Assembly (NCBI GenBank): GCA_963555755.3
Contig: OY820905.2
Span: forward strand, 864,001 to 928,000
DNA: 64,000 bases
Origin: Nitrospirales bacterium
GTDB taxonomy: Bacteria > Nitrospirota > Nitrospiria > Nitrospirales > UBA8639
Direction: 5' to 3'
Positions 31,723 through 42,136 of the stretch are shown here, piece after piece. The notes beneath the pieces are model-generated. The model saw nothing but the letters and a program-made list of their open reading frames with translations. It made no database searches and was not told the origin of the DNA. The position numbers and the translations under genes were made by a program. Each line of letters starts with the position of its first letter. Position 1 is the first letter of the stretch.

Positions 31723-32430
31723 ATGAGGCGAACTGCTGTAGTGACAGGAGTTGGGTCGGGGTTAGGCGCTTCCTAAGGGTTCGCGCAAGAATAACTCCCC
31801 ATGTTTGGGCGTCGATCCATCCCGTCTGGCGGCGTTGCTCGTCCTTTCCATACGAGGAGTATGCGCAGTCCTCGCGCCTTGCCAGACAGGTGTCTCAGCA
31901 CCCAAACATGGGGAGTTATTCTTGCGCGAACCCTTAGGACCTGAGAGAAAATAACTTGGACAATATCGCGCCAAGATTTGGGTCGGATTTGGACGGAACG
32001 ATTGAGAAAAATTCGAAGCCTAGCACAGCTATGGCGTGTCGGCCCTTTTGCCAGTTTCCTGTGTTGCCAAGAAGCAGTACCCGACATGCTCAAGCAAGGT
32101 GGAGGTGCCATTTTGTTTTCCGGCGCCACCTTATCCATTCGTGGCCGAGGCGGAGCCTTAGCGTTTAGCAGTGCGAAGTTTGGAGTGCGGGGTCTAGCCG
32201 AATCCTTAGCGCGAGGACTCTAGCCCAAAGGCATCCATGTCGCTCATATCATCATCGATGGTGGCATTGCTTCACCTACGGATACGAAGTCCTCACTTGC
32301 TGATCCCAATGAACCCTTACTCGATCCCGATGCAATGGTCCAATCCTATTGGAACCTCATCACCCAAGACCGTAGCGTCTGGACCTTAGAACTCGATCTC
32401 CGCCCCCACCGAGAAGATTTTTTCGTATAG
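31723..32430 (+). pseudogene. short-chain dehydrogenase pseudogene interrupted by family C and E elements
   Basis: MRRTAVVTGVGSGLGAS, then repeats, then ...AILFSGAT...AFSSAKFGVRGLAESLARGL*PKGIHVAHIIIDG...ELDLRP; in-frame TAG at 32221. Confidence 0.85.
31776..32032. repeat. family C element (31776-31934) followed by half of a family E element
   Basis: AGGGTTCGCGCAAGAATAAC...GTTATTCTTGCGCGAACCCT then TAGGACCTGAGAGAAAATAAC. Confidence 0.9.
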
Positions 32431-32596
32431 GCCCCCTTTCACAACTTAATAAGCCACTGACCGGGACCTCGAAGGAGGAGACGAATCAGGGACCAGTTGC
32501 CATTTTGGTGGAATTGGGACCTATTCCATGGCCCGCCGCAGGTCATGGGGACCGTGTTGAGGGGTGAACAGCCTGCTCAGGCGTGGCAGGAATGGC

Positions 32597-32775
32597 GAGA
32601 TTTCTCCCAAGGGTCGAAATGACAAGAGGCGGAAGTGGTAAGGAGCAAGTCTGGTTGGATGAACAACTAGAAGGCTTCCTTCTGTCATTTCAAGTGCAAG
32701 GAGAAATCTCTTGGCCCGAAAGAACGTGACCCGGGCGGGAATGGGGGAGAGTTCTCCCAAGGGTCAAAATGACAA
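32597..32775. repeat. cluster of GAGATTTCTCCC..GGTCGAAATGACA REP-like units
   Basis: same unit as at 21588-21615 and 22927-22954. Confidence 0.7.
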
Positions 32776-32844
32776 TGGACGAGGGGTGATACGGGCGGAG
32801 TGTCATAGGGTTTCGCCTTACTCCACCAAAATTGCAACTGATCC

Positions 32845-32963
32845 GATTTGGCCAGATCTTCCGATCTTTTCCGTTGAATAGTCCCACTATTCCCCTCACA
32901 TGATCGAAAGATCTGACTCAAACCAGCACACCCTCGTGACGATCGCTAATCTCGGACAGGCTC
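32845..32963 (-). repeat. family B element, partial, empty allele
   Basis: GATCTTCCGATCTTTTCCGTTGAATAGTCCC...CTAATCTCGGACAGGCTC lacks the nested A seen at 41197. Confidence 0.85.
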
Positions 32964-32971
32964 TGAGAGAC

Positions 32972-34645
32972 TTACGACAATTTGATTCGACTACAAATTA
33001 ATTCATTTTCTGTATTGTCACTGCTATAGAGATGTCCCCAAATTTCCATACCTTTGTTTTTCGTTGACGTACATCGAATCAGACCAAAATTGTGCCGAGC
33101 CACAAACAATAATTTTTCAAATTTTGTCAGTTGTTTTTTCCGTGCATCCTTGCGATGACCCAGCTTTCCCCTCTCAAGTACCATCAGTGAAACAATTTTA
33201 TGAGCTGGAGGACGCGTGATCGCACTAGACGTGAATTGAAACACCTTTGCTTTCGCATTCCCTTCGCCTGATCGAGTCAGTTTGAACGCAGCAGCACAGT
33301 GGACATCGCCACTCAAAAAAATGATAGGTTTCCCCTCTTCACGAGAATACGCAAACACCTGATCAAGCATCTTGTCTCTTTCCGTATAATTACTTTCATG
33401 ATCCCATTCATCACGAAAATCGTCCTTGGCAATGGAAACATCCAACCCATTGACGAACGTGCTATGCCAGTGGACCACTGGAACCGGAGAAATGATAAAT
33501 AGGACTTTTTTCTGTTGTATCTCATCAGATTGAATCCATGTTTTAAACCGATCAAATTGGTTCTTCCCCAAAATCCGTTCTCCATCTTTCCCCGCATAGT
33601 TTCTATGCCCACGCATATCAAGGGCATAGAAACCAATATCTCCTTGGCAAAATTGGTAATCGAACTGAGGAGTGGGGTCGACACGTACTGGAGTTTCGCC
33701 AGGATTATGACTATGCTGATATTCAACATACACAGCCTTGGCGGCTTCAAACATGGCGTCAACCAAAAACAAATTTTGTTCTTTATTTTCCCATTCAAAG
33801 ATACTATCTAACTTATCTGACCTCTCATCATCGGTATAGGACCCCCACCCGTCCATAATTTCATGATCATCCCACATCATGTACATGGGAAAGCTTCGAA
33901 AGACTTTTCTTACCTCAGGAAAGGACCAATACTTTCTATACACATACCGATAGATCGTTTTGAAATATTTAATTAGTCCCGGCTTATCATTTTGATATTC
34001 ATCCCATAGGTGATCTTTATTCTCTTTCACCCATTTCCAAATATCTTCTTTCGTGCAATCAATGTAGATTTGATCCCCCCCTCCGATCACAAAACTCGCC
34101 TGATACTCGGTAAGAATGTCGTAAAAATCATCCCATAAATCAATTCCTGAGGCCCCCTTCTTGAAAGGGTCGTGACAACTGAAATAGCCAAAGGTGATAT
34201 TTTGAGGTTCTTCTGGGGGCGTTTGAAAACTATGTTCTTTTTCGAAACCAAACCGCCATCTACGATTTACAGGAACTTTCTTGTTAGCCACGACAGCGTA
34301 ATGATACGTGGTTCCTTGGTCCGATGTTTCATCGGGGCCTTTGGGAAGAGCTATATTGAAAACATGTGTTTTATCTTTTTCGTCATTGAACTCATGGCGT
34401 AGTAATATCGGATCTCGAATGCCTACCCGTTCTTTAATCCTTTCTAAGTAGTCTTCTATTTCTTCATCTTTTCCAATTTCATAAGGGTCGACCTTAATGC
34501 GTTGTGTCGACACAATCAGGGTATACATTCCAGCGACCGCCACTCGAACCCAGATTTTCGTGCTGCTTGAGGTCGTATGCCCGACAATGCACCCATCAGA
34601 TAATCTGTTGGCCAACTCTTCTCTCTCAAACGTATATTTTTTCAT
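32972..34645 (-). CDS. PhoD-like metallophosphatase
   Basis: YFSCHD, GGGDQIY.D, MMWDDHE..DGWG, LDMR..R, D.W, FLSGDVH. Confidence 0.85.
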   Translation of the reverse strand: MKKYTFEREELANRLSDGCIVGHTTSSSTKIWVRVAVAGMYTLIVSTQRIKVDPYEIGKDEEIEDYLERIKERVGIRDPILLRHEFNDEKDKTHVFNIALPKGPDETSDQGTTYHYAVVANKKVPVNRRWRFGFEKEHSFQTPPEEPQNITFGYFSCHDPFKKGASGIDLWDDFYDILTEYQASFVIGGGDQIYIDCTKEDIWKWVKENKDHLWDEYQNDKPGLIKYFKTIYRYVYRKYWSFPEVRKVFRSFPMYMMWDDHEIMDGWGSYTDDERSDKLDSIFEWENKEQNLFLVDAMFEAAKAVYVEYQHSHNPGETPVRVDPTPQFDYQFCQGDIGFYALDMRGHRNYAGKDGERILGKNQFDRFKTWIQSDEIQQKKVLFIISPVPVVHWHSTFVNGLDVSIAKDDFRDEWDHESNYTERDKMLDQVFAYSREEGKPIIFLSGDVHCAAAFKLTRSGEGNAKAKVFQFTSSAITRPPAHKIVSLMVLERGKLGHRKDARKKQLTKFEKLLFVARHNFGLIRCTSTKNKGMEIWGHLYSSDNTENELICSRIKLS

Positions 34646-35126
34646 GACATCTCCTCAGAACAGAAAACATTGATAATCCCATGAAAAATTTTTACTCTGA
34701 TTGGCGAACCGCAATTAATGAGATTATGATGCCCCACACTTTGGGACAATCGGACGAATTACTCCCCGGTGATCTAACACATACTATTGAAAAGACCTAC
34801 TTCTTCCGCGTTCTACGAGGGGAATAATCAAAATTTCATGGATGAACAGCATTTCTGGAATGCCTGCTAAGCGAAATTTTAAAAAGGCCCGGTGCCGATT
34901 GTAGGAACCTATTCAGAGAATTTCATTGGCACTTTGATTACCCAGGAAACTCAATTTTCCCTGGAAGAGCCTGTCTTTCTGTATTTTTCAAATCAACTCA
35001 CAATTGGTTTTTTCAACTAAACATTCAACTTCCACCACAAACATCTTTCCAAAATTAGTATCCAATTGGATACACTCCTGTATCCAGTTAGCCATAGGCG
35101 AAAGGATGTAAAAAACGGGAAGTCAA

Positions 35127-35170
35127 TTCAACCTAGAAACGGCAGTTGGGCGCAAAAAAGACGTGTAAGA
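35127..35170. repeat. family D terminal fragment
   Basis: TTCAACCTAGAAACGGCAGTTGGGCGCAAAAAAGACGTGTAAGA. Confidence 0.8.
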
Positions 35171-35229
35171 AATGGGGAAGGAATCAAAATGGGACAACAT
35201 CAGAACATACTGAGCCAGAAAATGACTGA

Positions 35230-35901
35230 TCACCGCCGAACATAGAGCAATTCACATGCTTCGCAATATCCATCCAGGCGGCCACGGTCGAAGGCTTCGA
35301 CCAATTGTGTTCTGACCCAATCGTACCCTTGCTGGCCACCAATACCATCAACGCCTTGCGACATCATCATTTGAAAACCTACATCAATCAGCCGTTCTTT
35401 ACGTTCGTTCATTTCTTCAGAAACGAATTCAGCGATGACGGCCTCGGCATAATGTTTTACAATCTCTTCACGGAATTTGTCGTATCCCAACTTCGCCACG
35501 GTGGCTTCACGGATTTTCACTAACTCTGCTTTTATTCGAGGAATATCCTTCATCAACGTGCGAAAAATTTCAAGCCGTCCTTCATCCCACAATTTTTTTT
35601 CCATGCCTTCGAGCACAACACCAGGATCAACGGTCTCGGCCGGCACATTCTCATGATGATCCGTTTTAGCACCAAACCCGCCAAACCGCATTCGTTCATA
35701 CGATTTTCGGGTTTCCGGGTCGCCCAGGATTTCATAGGCCGCGTTGAGTTCTCGGATCTTCTCTTCCGAATCTTTGTTCCCCTGATTGCGATCAGGGTGA
35801 AACTTCAAAGCCAATTTTCGATATGCCTTCTTGATCTCTTCGGCAGAAGCCTCGGGAGTCACATCCAATGTCACATAATAGTCAAGATGAATTCTCGGCA
35901 T
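35230..35901 (-). CDS. J-domain (DnaJ-like) protein
   Basis: [29 protein letters not shown]. Confidence 0.9.
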   Translation of the reverse strand: MPRIHLDYYVTLDVTPEASAEEIKKAYRKLALKFHPDRNQGNKDSEEKIRELNAAYEILGDPETRKSYERMRFGGFGAKTDHHENVPAETVDPGVVLEGMEKKLWDEGRLEIFRTLMKDIPRIKAELVKIREATVAKLGYDKFREEIVKHYAEAVIAEFVSEEMNERKERLIDVGFQMMMSQGVDGIGGQQGYDWVRTQLVEAFDRGRLDGYCEACELLYVRR

Positions 35902-35907
35902 GATGTC

Positions 35908-36294
35908 CTACTGCTTCCTCACGACGCGAGGCTTCGAGGTTTGACTCGATTGGGTTTGGGGTTTCCAGCGAGTAATCCGGCGACGAAAGGCTTGCTCACC
36001 TCGGAAGGGAGACACACACCGAGTCAAATCAAGTACGGGAAGTGAGTTGAGGTGATGAAGATGTTCGAGCTTCCAGGTGAATGGCATTTGATCGATGTGT
36101 GTAAATGATTGTCCAGTTTTCGGCCATCCCAACGACACCTGTTGATACCCACGGGAAAACAACAACAGCTCTTCATCAAACAGAGCCGTGTTGATTTCGT
36201 CAGTTCCCCCATAGACTTTGAATGAGTTGGCCACACACTGAAAGGTCACGGACTGCTCCAATCCTTCGGGCATACAACACGGCACTACCCGCAT
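35908..36294 (-). CDS. hypothetical protein
   Basis: 128 aa ORF ending 6 nt upstream of the J-domain gene on the same strand. Confidence 0.5.
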   Translation of the reverse strand: MRVVPCCMPEGLEQSVTFQCVANSFKVYGGTDEINTALFDEELLLFSRGYQQVSLGWPKTGQSFTHIDQMPFTWKLEHLHHLNSLPVLDLTRCVSPFRGEQAFRRRITRWKPQTQSSQTSKPRVVRKQ

Positions 36295-36545
36295 TGTTCT
36301 TTTACGTGTTCTAAATATTTAGCACTTTTCAAAAGATTTCCCAAGGAGAGGGACTCAGTCAACGGGGCACATCACCACTCCGGTGGATCACAGATGAGGC
36401 GTCATTCTAGGAACCTTCACATGTGGGGACAATGAGAGGCAGGTTGAAAAACAAAGATTGGCTGGCGGCAAACCCGAGACGACACAAGATGCACCCCCAC
36501 ATCAACAACACATTCCTATCAATCTTGGAACGCGATCAAGAAGTT

Positions 36546-36910
36546 AGGAGCCTGTCCGAGATTAGGGATGGTCACGAGGATGTGCTGGTTTGAATCAGAT
36601 GTTTCGATCGTGTGAGGCCAATAGTGGGACTTCAACGAAAACGGGAAATATTCAAAAAGCATGCCCTCGCGGAGGCGGGGGGCCGTCCAGCAAGGCCGCA
36701 GGGCTTTAGGCGCGCGGAGCGTACAGGGAGTACGTGAGCACGCCAAAAGCCCGAGAACGCAGATGGCTTATCTGCCGTAGCCTTGGCGAAGGTTGGCGGT
36801 CCCCCGCCTCCGCGAGGGCATGCTTTTTCAACATTCCCCGAAAAGGATCGGAAGATCTGGCCACCTTCAGCGCATCCGTAGTAGATTCGGCTAATCTGGG
36901 ACAGGCTTCT
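36546..36910 (+). repeat. family B element carrying nested family A (36642-36840), itself carrying three short REP-like inserts
   Basis: AGGAGCCTGTCCGAGATTAG...CTAATCTGGGACAGGCTTCT; CGAAAA on both sides of A. Confidence 0.9.
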
Positions 36911-36912
36911 CG

Positions 36913-37260
36913 TTAGCGGCGAAGGGGATTGGGAAACATCAGCACGTAGCCTTTCGATTCCATGCATCGACCAGTCTCCAATCCCAACGTAACTGTCGTA
37001 CTGATCCATTCCCCATAGGCATCAAGATTGCCTTCGCATTCAGCATAATCCACGGTCATGTCAATCTCGGAACTTCCCACCCGTTCCCACTCACTCTGCT
37101 GGCAATCCCAATAGGGATGACACAAACGATCAGCGCGATTGGTCCCATAGTCAGCTTCGGCGTAGTGATTCAATGAATCCGAAATACACCCTGAAAATGC
37201 CACACTCGCGACGACACTCAACAATAGCCCGAGACTCCATTGACGACCTGGCGTCATCAC
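36913..37260 (-). CDS. hypothetical Cys-containing lipoprotein
   Basis: signal peptide, lipobox FSGC, CMESKGY motif; GGGGGA RBS. Confidence 0.7.
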   Translation of the reverse strand: MMTPGRQWSLGLLLSVVASVAFSGCISDSLNHYAEADYGTNRADRLCHPYWDCQQSEWERVGSSEIDMTVDYAECEGNLDAYGEWISTTVTLGLETGRCMESKGYVLMFPNPLRR

Positions 37261-37332
37261 ATCCCCCCTTGGTAGAAAAGCAATGATAGACGGAAAGACT
37301 GGATCTCACTCTTGAGATCAACTACAGTGGCT

Positions 37333-37516
37333 TAGGACCTGCGAGAAAATAACTTAGACATCTCGCATCCAATCTTCGGGCCATTTTTGAACGGGCCTCA
37401 ATCGAAAAACCCTCAACATAGCTGTGCTATGCCTCGGGTGTTTCTCAATCGTTCCGTTCAAATCCGACCCAAATCTTGGCGCGATAGTGTCCAAGTTATT
37501 TTCTCGCAGGTCCTTA
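37333..37516 (-). repeat. family E long palindromic repeat (complete)
   Basis: AGGACCTGCGAGAAAATAAC...GTTATTTTCTCGCAGGTCCT. Confidence 0.9.
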
Positions 37517-37573
37517 TCGGTCTCAACACGTGTAAACAACAGGGATGTGTCACGCTCCACAAGCAGGGGGCCC

Positions 37574-38089
37574 ATGTTCATGATGATGCCAAACCGGAAA
37601 CTTCCCATACGAAAGATCATCTCCGGTGGCCAAACCGGCGTGGATCGTGCAGCCCTTGATCTAGGCCTCAGCTTCAGCATTCACATTGGCGGATGGTGTC
37701 CGAAAGGACGATTGGCAGAAGACGGCCCAATCCCACGTTTCTACCCATTACAGGAAACACCCTCTTCTCGGTTTTCCCAACGAACCGAATGGAATGTCAG
37801 GGACTCCGACGGAACCTTCGTCCTGACCTACGACTCCCCAACTGGAGGAACAGCCCTGACCATTCGTTTGGCCAAACACCACCACAAACCATATCTTGTC
37901 CTAAACTTAGACCAGAGATCCGATGCCACCGTCGTGTCATCGTGGCTCAACCAACACGACATCCGTACTCTCAACATCGCCGGTCCACGGGAAAGCACGT
38001 CCCCTGGAATCTACGAATCGGCCTATGCCTTCCTTCACACATTCGTGCACCAGTATGAGGAAAAAGACACATCTAGATTGTTCGAGTGA
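37574..38089 (+). CDS. putative molybdenum carrier / SLOG-family protein
   Basis: KIISGGQTGVDRAALD, GGWCPKGR, RTEWNVRDSDGT, LNIAGPRES; exact start uncertain. Confidence 0.85.
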   Translation: MFMMMPNRKLPIRKIISGGQTGVDRAALDLGLSFSIHIGGWCPKGRLAEDGPIPRFYPLQETPSSRFSQRTEWNVRDSDGTFVLTYDSPTGGTALTIRLAKHHHKPYLVLNLDQRSDATVVSSWLNQHDIRTLNIAGPRESTSPGIYESAYAFLHTFVHQYEEKDTSRLFE

Positions 38090-38143
38090 TTGTCCGAATA
38101 CCTGAAAGGACCAGGGCGCAGAGGGCCATTCGGTTGAAATTTA

Positions 38144-38284
38144 GGGCACCTCTAAAAACTAGGCATTTTTTGTGAGGGCAAGGAAGCCGCGCGCGGAAAA
38201 CCGGAGTGTATGGGCGAATACATGAGGATTTGAGCACACGGCTAACGCCGCCATCACAGAAAAGGACGGTTTTTAGAGGTGCCC
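38144..38284 (+). repeat. family F repeat
   Basis: inverted homolog of 28465 and 39300. Confidence 0.92.
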
Positions 38285-38327
38285 TTTACTAAAAGGCTTT
38301 TACAAGGAAGTGGCAAAACCCAGGAGG

Positions 38328-38525
38328 TTATCCTTTTCGTCTTGTTAACGGAGGACGTCCCGGTCCCCCAGGATGCCAAGGTTTGCTTCCTTTCCGCTCA
38401 CGCATCATAGTCCGTCGCTTCCGCAAATGGATTTCACAAAACCAGTTACTCACGGCTTTGCGAGGACAATAAATACACAAGCCGGCTTCCTTGTGACGCC
38501 GCTGATATCGTTGCTGCCTTGTCAT
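38328..38525 (-). CDS. small basic protein with putative C3H zinc site
   Basis: GLCIYC...FCEIH, Arg-rich, GRPP tail. Confidence 0.6.
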   Translation of the reverse strand: MTRQQRYQRRHKEAGLCIYCPRKAVSNWFCEIHLRKRRTMMRERKGSKPWHPGGPGRPPLTRRKG

Positions 38526-38615
38526 AACTAAAATGATAACATGTTTTTATCAGTAATACAATAATATAATTATTGCCGAAACCTGCCTGGCCTTGGGGCG
38601 CTCAAGGAGTGACAC

Positions 38616-39113
38616 ATGAATCCCTTCGCGCTTTTTTTACCGTTGATTCTAGGGCTCTTCGGACCAGGGCTTACTCTCGACCGACAATTCACACCCAACG
38701 ATATTTTGGCAAGCCAACACCATCCCAAGAACGCGCGTGACCACAGGACCGATGGAACACCTGCCAAGGTACGGGGCGATGTCATCCCCCTTTCGCAAGT
38801 CTTACAATATCCAGAAAAATACCATGGAAAAGTTATTCGCCTACGCGGCACCGTCACACGACTTGAGCTGCACCTTGATGACACACACCATTTCATTGAT
38901 TTCGTGTTTTTCCTCAAAGACGGAGATCAGCGGGTCCTCGTCTTTGGACGTCACGACCGGACAACAGGAGACATTCAATTGACAAGCGATCGAATGGTCG
39001 AGGTCCAGGGCTTGTTTTGGCAAGAACGATTCGCTAACGGGCATCGTTTCGAAAATAACCTGGAAGCCCGGCACATCAGCTTTTACCCACCACTCCTTCC
39101 CGACCAAGCTTAG
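38616..39113 (+). CDS. exported OB-fold-like protein
   Basis: AGGAG RBS, signal peptide, PEKYHGKVIRLRGTV, VEVQG.F. Confidence 0.7.
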   Translation: MNPFALFLPLILGLFGPGLTLDRQFTPNDILASQHHPKNARDHRTDGTPAKVRGDVIPLSQVLQYPEKYHGKVIRLRGTVTRLELHLDDTHHFIDFVFFLKDGDQRVLVFGRHDRTTGDIQLTSDRMVEVQGLFWQERFANGHRFENNLEARHISFYPPLLPDQA

Positions 39114-39270
39114 GGTTGGCGCAAGAATACCCTCCCCTGTTTGGGCGTCGATCCATCCAGTCTAGCGGCGTTGCTCGTCCTTTCCATACACGAGTATGCG
39201 CAGTCCTCGCGCCTTGCCAGACAGGTGTCTCAGCACCCAAACAGGGGAGGGTATTCTTGCGCGAACCCTA
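39111..39270 (-). repeat. family C repeat whose terminal TAG is the stop codon of the upstream gene
   Basis: TAGGGTTGGCGCAAGAATACC...GGTATTCTTGCGCGAACCCTA. Confidence 0.92.
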
Positions 39271-39299
39271 AACGCCTCACACCAGAAATACATGGTTAT

Positions 39300-39440
39300 G
39301 GGCACCTCTAAAAACCGTCCTTTTCCGTGATGACTGCGTCAGCCGCGTGCTCACATCCTCATGTATTCGCCCATACACTCCGGTTTTCCGCGCGCGGCTT
39401 CCTTGCCCTCACAAAAAATGCCGGGTTTTTAGAGGTGCCC
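39300..39440 (-). repeat. family F repeat abutting a stop codon
   Basis: near-identical to 28465-28605. Confidence 0.92.
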
Positions 39441-40532
39441 TTATGCCTGTATGAAGAGGTATGAGTCTAGAATATCGGCAGCCGCACTCACCCCCGATTC
39501 AGGCGGAGGCTCGCTCGGACCGGGAAGGGCTTGAACCCCCTCCAACACTTCGCGCCATGCTCCTGAAAAAAAATCATCCTTTGAAAGTTCGTATGACCGT
39601 CCGTACCGATGTGCGTAGTCCACTAACACGCCTTCATCAGCGAAATTGTATCGCCGCACATATATGAAGGGCTTTCCGACCGCTACCGCTTCTATCACCG
39701 TCCCATATCCAGGCTTGGACAAAATGATATCCGAAGCCCCAAACAATTCATCAAAACTCATGGGGACATCCCGCGTAGACATCAGCCGCGCATAGTTGGT
39801 CGGAAGGGACAGGTCCAACAGAAATTGATAAGGAGAAAGCTGATCAATGATATCAAAGGGCAAGGAATCCAGTGGTACACCACCCAATGCGACTAAAACC
39901 AGAGGCCCATCAGACGCTTTTCGAATGTTGTGAGAGAAAACTCGCGGGTCAACAGGGGTGGAATGCCCAATGGGCCCGACATCAAGATGTTGGGAAAACG
40001 ATTCCATTGGCAAGGCCGGGGCAAGCCGAATCGCCAGTTCAGCGCATTTGTAAACCTCCCGAATATGGCTGACAATGTGCCCGTGTTCAGGATTGTGTGG
40101 ATCCACCAACTCGTGAAGCACATGGTCCCAAGACAAGGAACCTAACGCAAGAGCAGGAATCCCGGCGCGCGATCCAGCTTCTAAGGCCAAGTACGAAATA
40201 TTGGAAAGCACGAGGTCAGGAGTGTAGCGCTTGATGGTTTCACATTCTTCAAATACCCGTCGATCCCAAGTATCATGGAAATCGTGGTAGGCTCGCCACG
40301 TTGCCGGCACATCGATCGTGAGCGGGCTCTGTTGAACACAGCCAACATCCTGCTTCTGAACACTGAGTTCCCATGGAACGGTTAAGCGGTTGGCAAAAAA
40401 ATGACCCGGAACAGTGGTGCGTAGCAGGACCTTCAGCGTAGGATTTCGCCGCCCCAACTCGTTCAACACCGGGACAACTTGAGATGCATGCCCATACCCG
40501 TGACCGGAAATCGCACACCAAATGAGTGGCAT
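39441..40532 (-). CDS. GT-B fold glycosyltransferase-like protein
   Basis: ISGHGYGHA, D.ILSKPGYGTV.EA. Confidence 0.8.
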   Translation of the reverse strand: MPLIWCAISGHGYGHASQVVPVLNELGRRNPTLKVLLRTTVPGHFFANRLTVPWELSVQKQDVGCVQQSPLTIDVPATWRAYHDFHDTWDRRVFEECETIKRYTPDLVLSNISYLALEAGSRAGIPALALGSLSWDHVLHELVDPHNPEHGHIVSHIREVYKCAELAIRLAPALPMESFSQHLDVGPIGHSTPVDPRVFSHNIRKASDGPLVLVALGGVPLDSLPFDIIDQLSPYQFLLDLSLPTNYARLMSTRDVPMSFDELFGASDIILSKPGYGTVIEAVAVGKPFIYVRRYNFADEGVLVDYAHRYGRSYELSKDDFFSGAWREVLEGVQALPGPSEPPPESGVSAAADILDSYLFIQA

Positions 40533-40651
40533 CGGTTACCCCGCGCTCCATATAATACATTGTCCTCTCATCAAAGTACTTGACGATTTTTGAGGAAAGC
40601 AGTATTCCACCACCAAGTCACAGTACCCAAGACACCAAGGTTTCCTGATCC

Positions 40652-41128
40652 ATGACGACATTCGCCCACGTACCAACATGCGTGATCCGTCTTACCTCTA
40701 TGGGGTTTCTGTTGTGGCTAGCCAGTTGTAGTGGTGGTCCCTTGAAATCCACACTACCCCCGTCGCTGCCACCTACAGAAGTTATGCACATCGAACAACA
40801 ACAAAATGTTGAAGACCAACTTCTACGCACCATGGCCAAAGCTCGCAAGTTAGGACCAGCCAACCCACTCCTGCTGAGCACGATATACAGCTTAGCGTCT
40901 TTTTATCGCGACCACGAAGAATTTGAAAAAGCCGAAGGGATGTATCAAGAGGCCTTATTGTTAAAAGAACACGTCAATGGCCCTGAACACCAAGACGTCG
41001 CGATGATTCTTCACCAATACGCCGACCTCCTCCGAGAGGCCAGTCGCCTGGAAGAGGCCACAGCGCTTGAACACCGTGCCCGCCAAATTCAGGCCTCCCA
41101 TAATCAGCCCACCCATTCCCGCCCCTAG
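40652..41128 (+). CDS. tetratricopeptide-repeat lipoprotein
   Basis: lipobox LASC; LASFY...AEGMYQEAL, GPEHQDVA..L..YA.LL. Confidence 0.8.
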   Translation: MTTFAHVPTCVIRLTSMGFLLWLASCSGGPLKSTLPPSLPPTEVMHIEQQQNVEDQLLRTMAKARKLGPANPLLLSTIYSLASFYRDHEEFEKAEGMYQEALLLKEHVNGPEHQDVAMILHQYADLLREASRLEEATALEHRARQIQASHNQPTHSRP

Positions 41129-41465
41129 GACCCTGCCCAAGATTAGACAGATCTACTGCGGATGTGCTGGATTTGGTCAGATCTTCCGATCCTTTTCGGG
41201 GAATGTTGAAAAAGGCCGCCAGCTGCGTTCTCGAGCTTTGGGCGTGCTCACGTACTCCGTGTACGCTCCGCGCGCCCAAAGCCCTGCGGCCTTGCTGGAC
41301 GACCTTTTTGAACATTCCCCGTTTTCGTTGAATAGTCCCACTATTCGCCTCAAACGATCGAAAAATCTGACTCACACCAGCACATCCTCGCGACGATTGC
41401 TAATCTCGGACAGGCCCCTAGGAACCTGCCCAAGATTAGACGAATCTACTGCGGATACGCTGGCC
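41126..41465 (-). repeat. family B element (41126-41420) with nested family A (41197-41321), followed by a partial second B end
   Basis: reverse complement of the 53002 copy. Confidence 0.9.
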
Positions 41466-41658
41466 CACTTTCCACAACATTGCAAATTCACAGGACCAGA
41501 AATTCCTCATCGCTAGGAAATTTTTTCCGAGTGGCGGACAGGAACGTGATAAAACAAGGAGGAACTTTTATCAAAAAACCAATACCGACACCATTAAATC
41601 TTGGCATGCGACTTGAATATATTTTAGACAGGACCACTCTGCACTGAGGAGATCGCGC

Positions 41659-41967
41659 ATGAAAACAAAAACCAAATCTGCTCCCAAACCTGCACGTCGC
41701 TCCAAAATTTCCTCGCGGGAATCTGCCCCAACATCCACGCAACAAACACGAACTATTCCCCGATGTACTCGATGCGGATCCCGGACGATTCGCCTTGAAC
41801 AATTCAATCAGGAGCTGCTAGCCGTCCTGGCCATACATTGTCTTATTTGTGGTCATCACGCATTCATTGGCAAGCCCATGGTTCGCCTGATTCGCAGACC
41901 CGAAATCCCTCAAAGCATTGCCACCAAAAAAGAAGCTGTCAAAACCTCAATCCCTGAAAACGTGTAG
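41659..41967 (+). CDS. small zinc-ribbon protein
   Basis: GAGGAG RBS; CTRCG...HCLICG. Confidence 0.6.
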   Translation: MKTKTKSAPKPARRSKISSRESAPTSTQQTRTIPRCTRCGSRTIRLEQFNQELLAVLAIHCLICGHHAFIGKPMVRLIRRPEIPQSIATKKEAVKTSIPENV

Positions 41968-42136
41968 TCGTACATTCCCACAGCAGTTTCCCATGGCCCT
42001 CTGAGCCACCCACGTATGATGAAAATGACCGCTGGCCTTCGTGAAACGGAAGGCGTAAGGCGGAAGGGGGTGGAAAGAAGAGCTTCGTTTCCCGTCTACC
42101 GTCTGACGATTGTCGAAGCAGACCGGAACGATGTAC

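Noticed and set aside
37424..37573. Family E element fused in frame into the SLOG-family gene (RPE-style coding insertion)
   Set aside because: The frame is open, but family similarity begins after a Met cluster at 37574-37586; there is no evidence the extension is translated.
41990..42135. Possible ncRNA between convergent genes
   Set aside because: Only short local hairpins; no recognisable family features.
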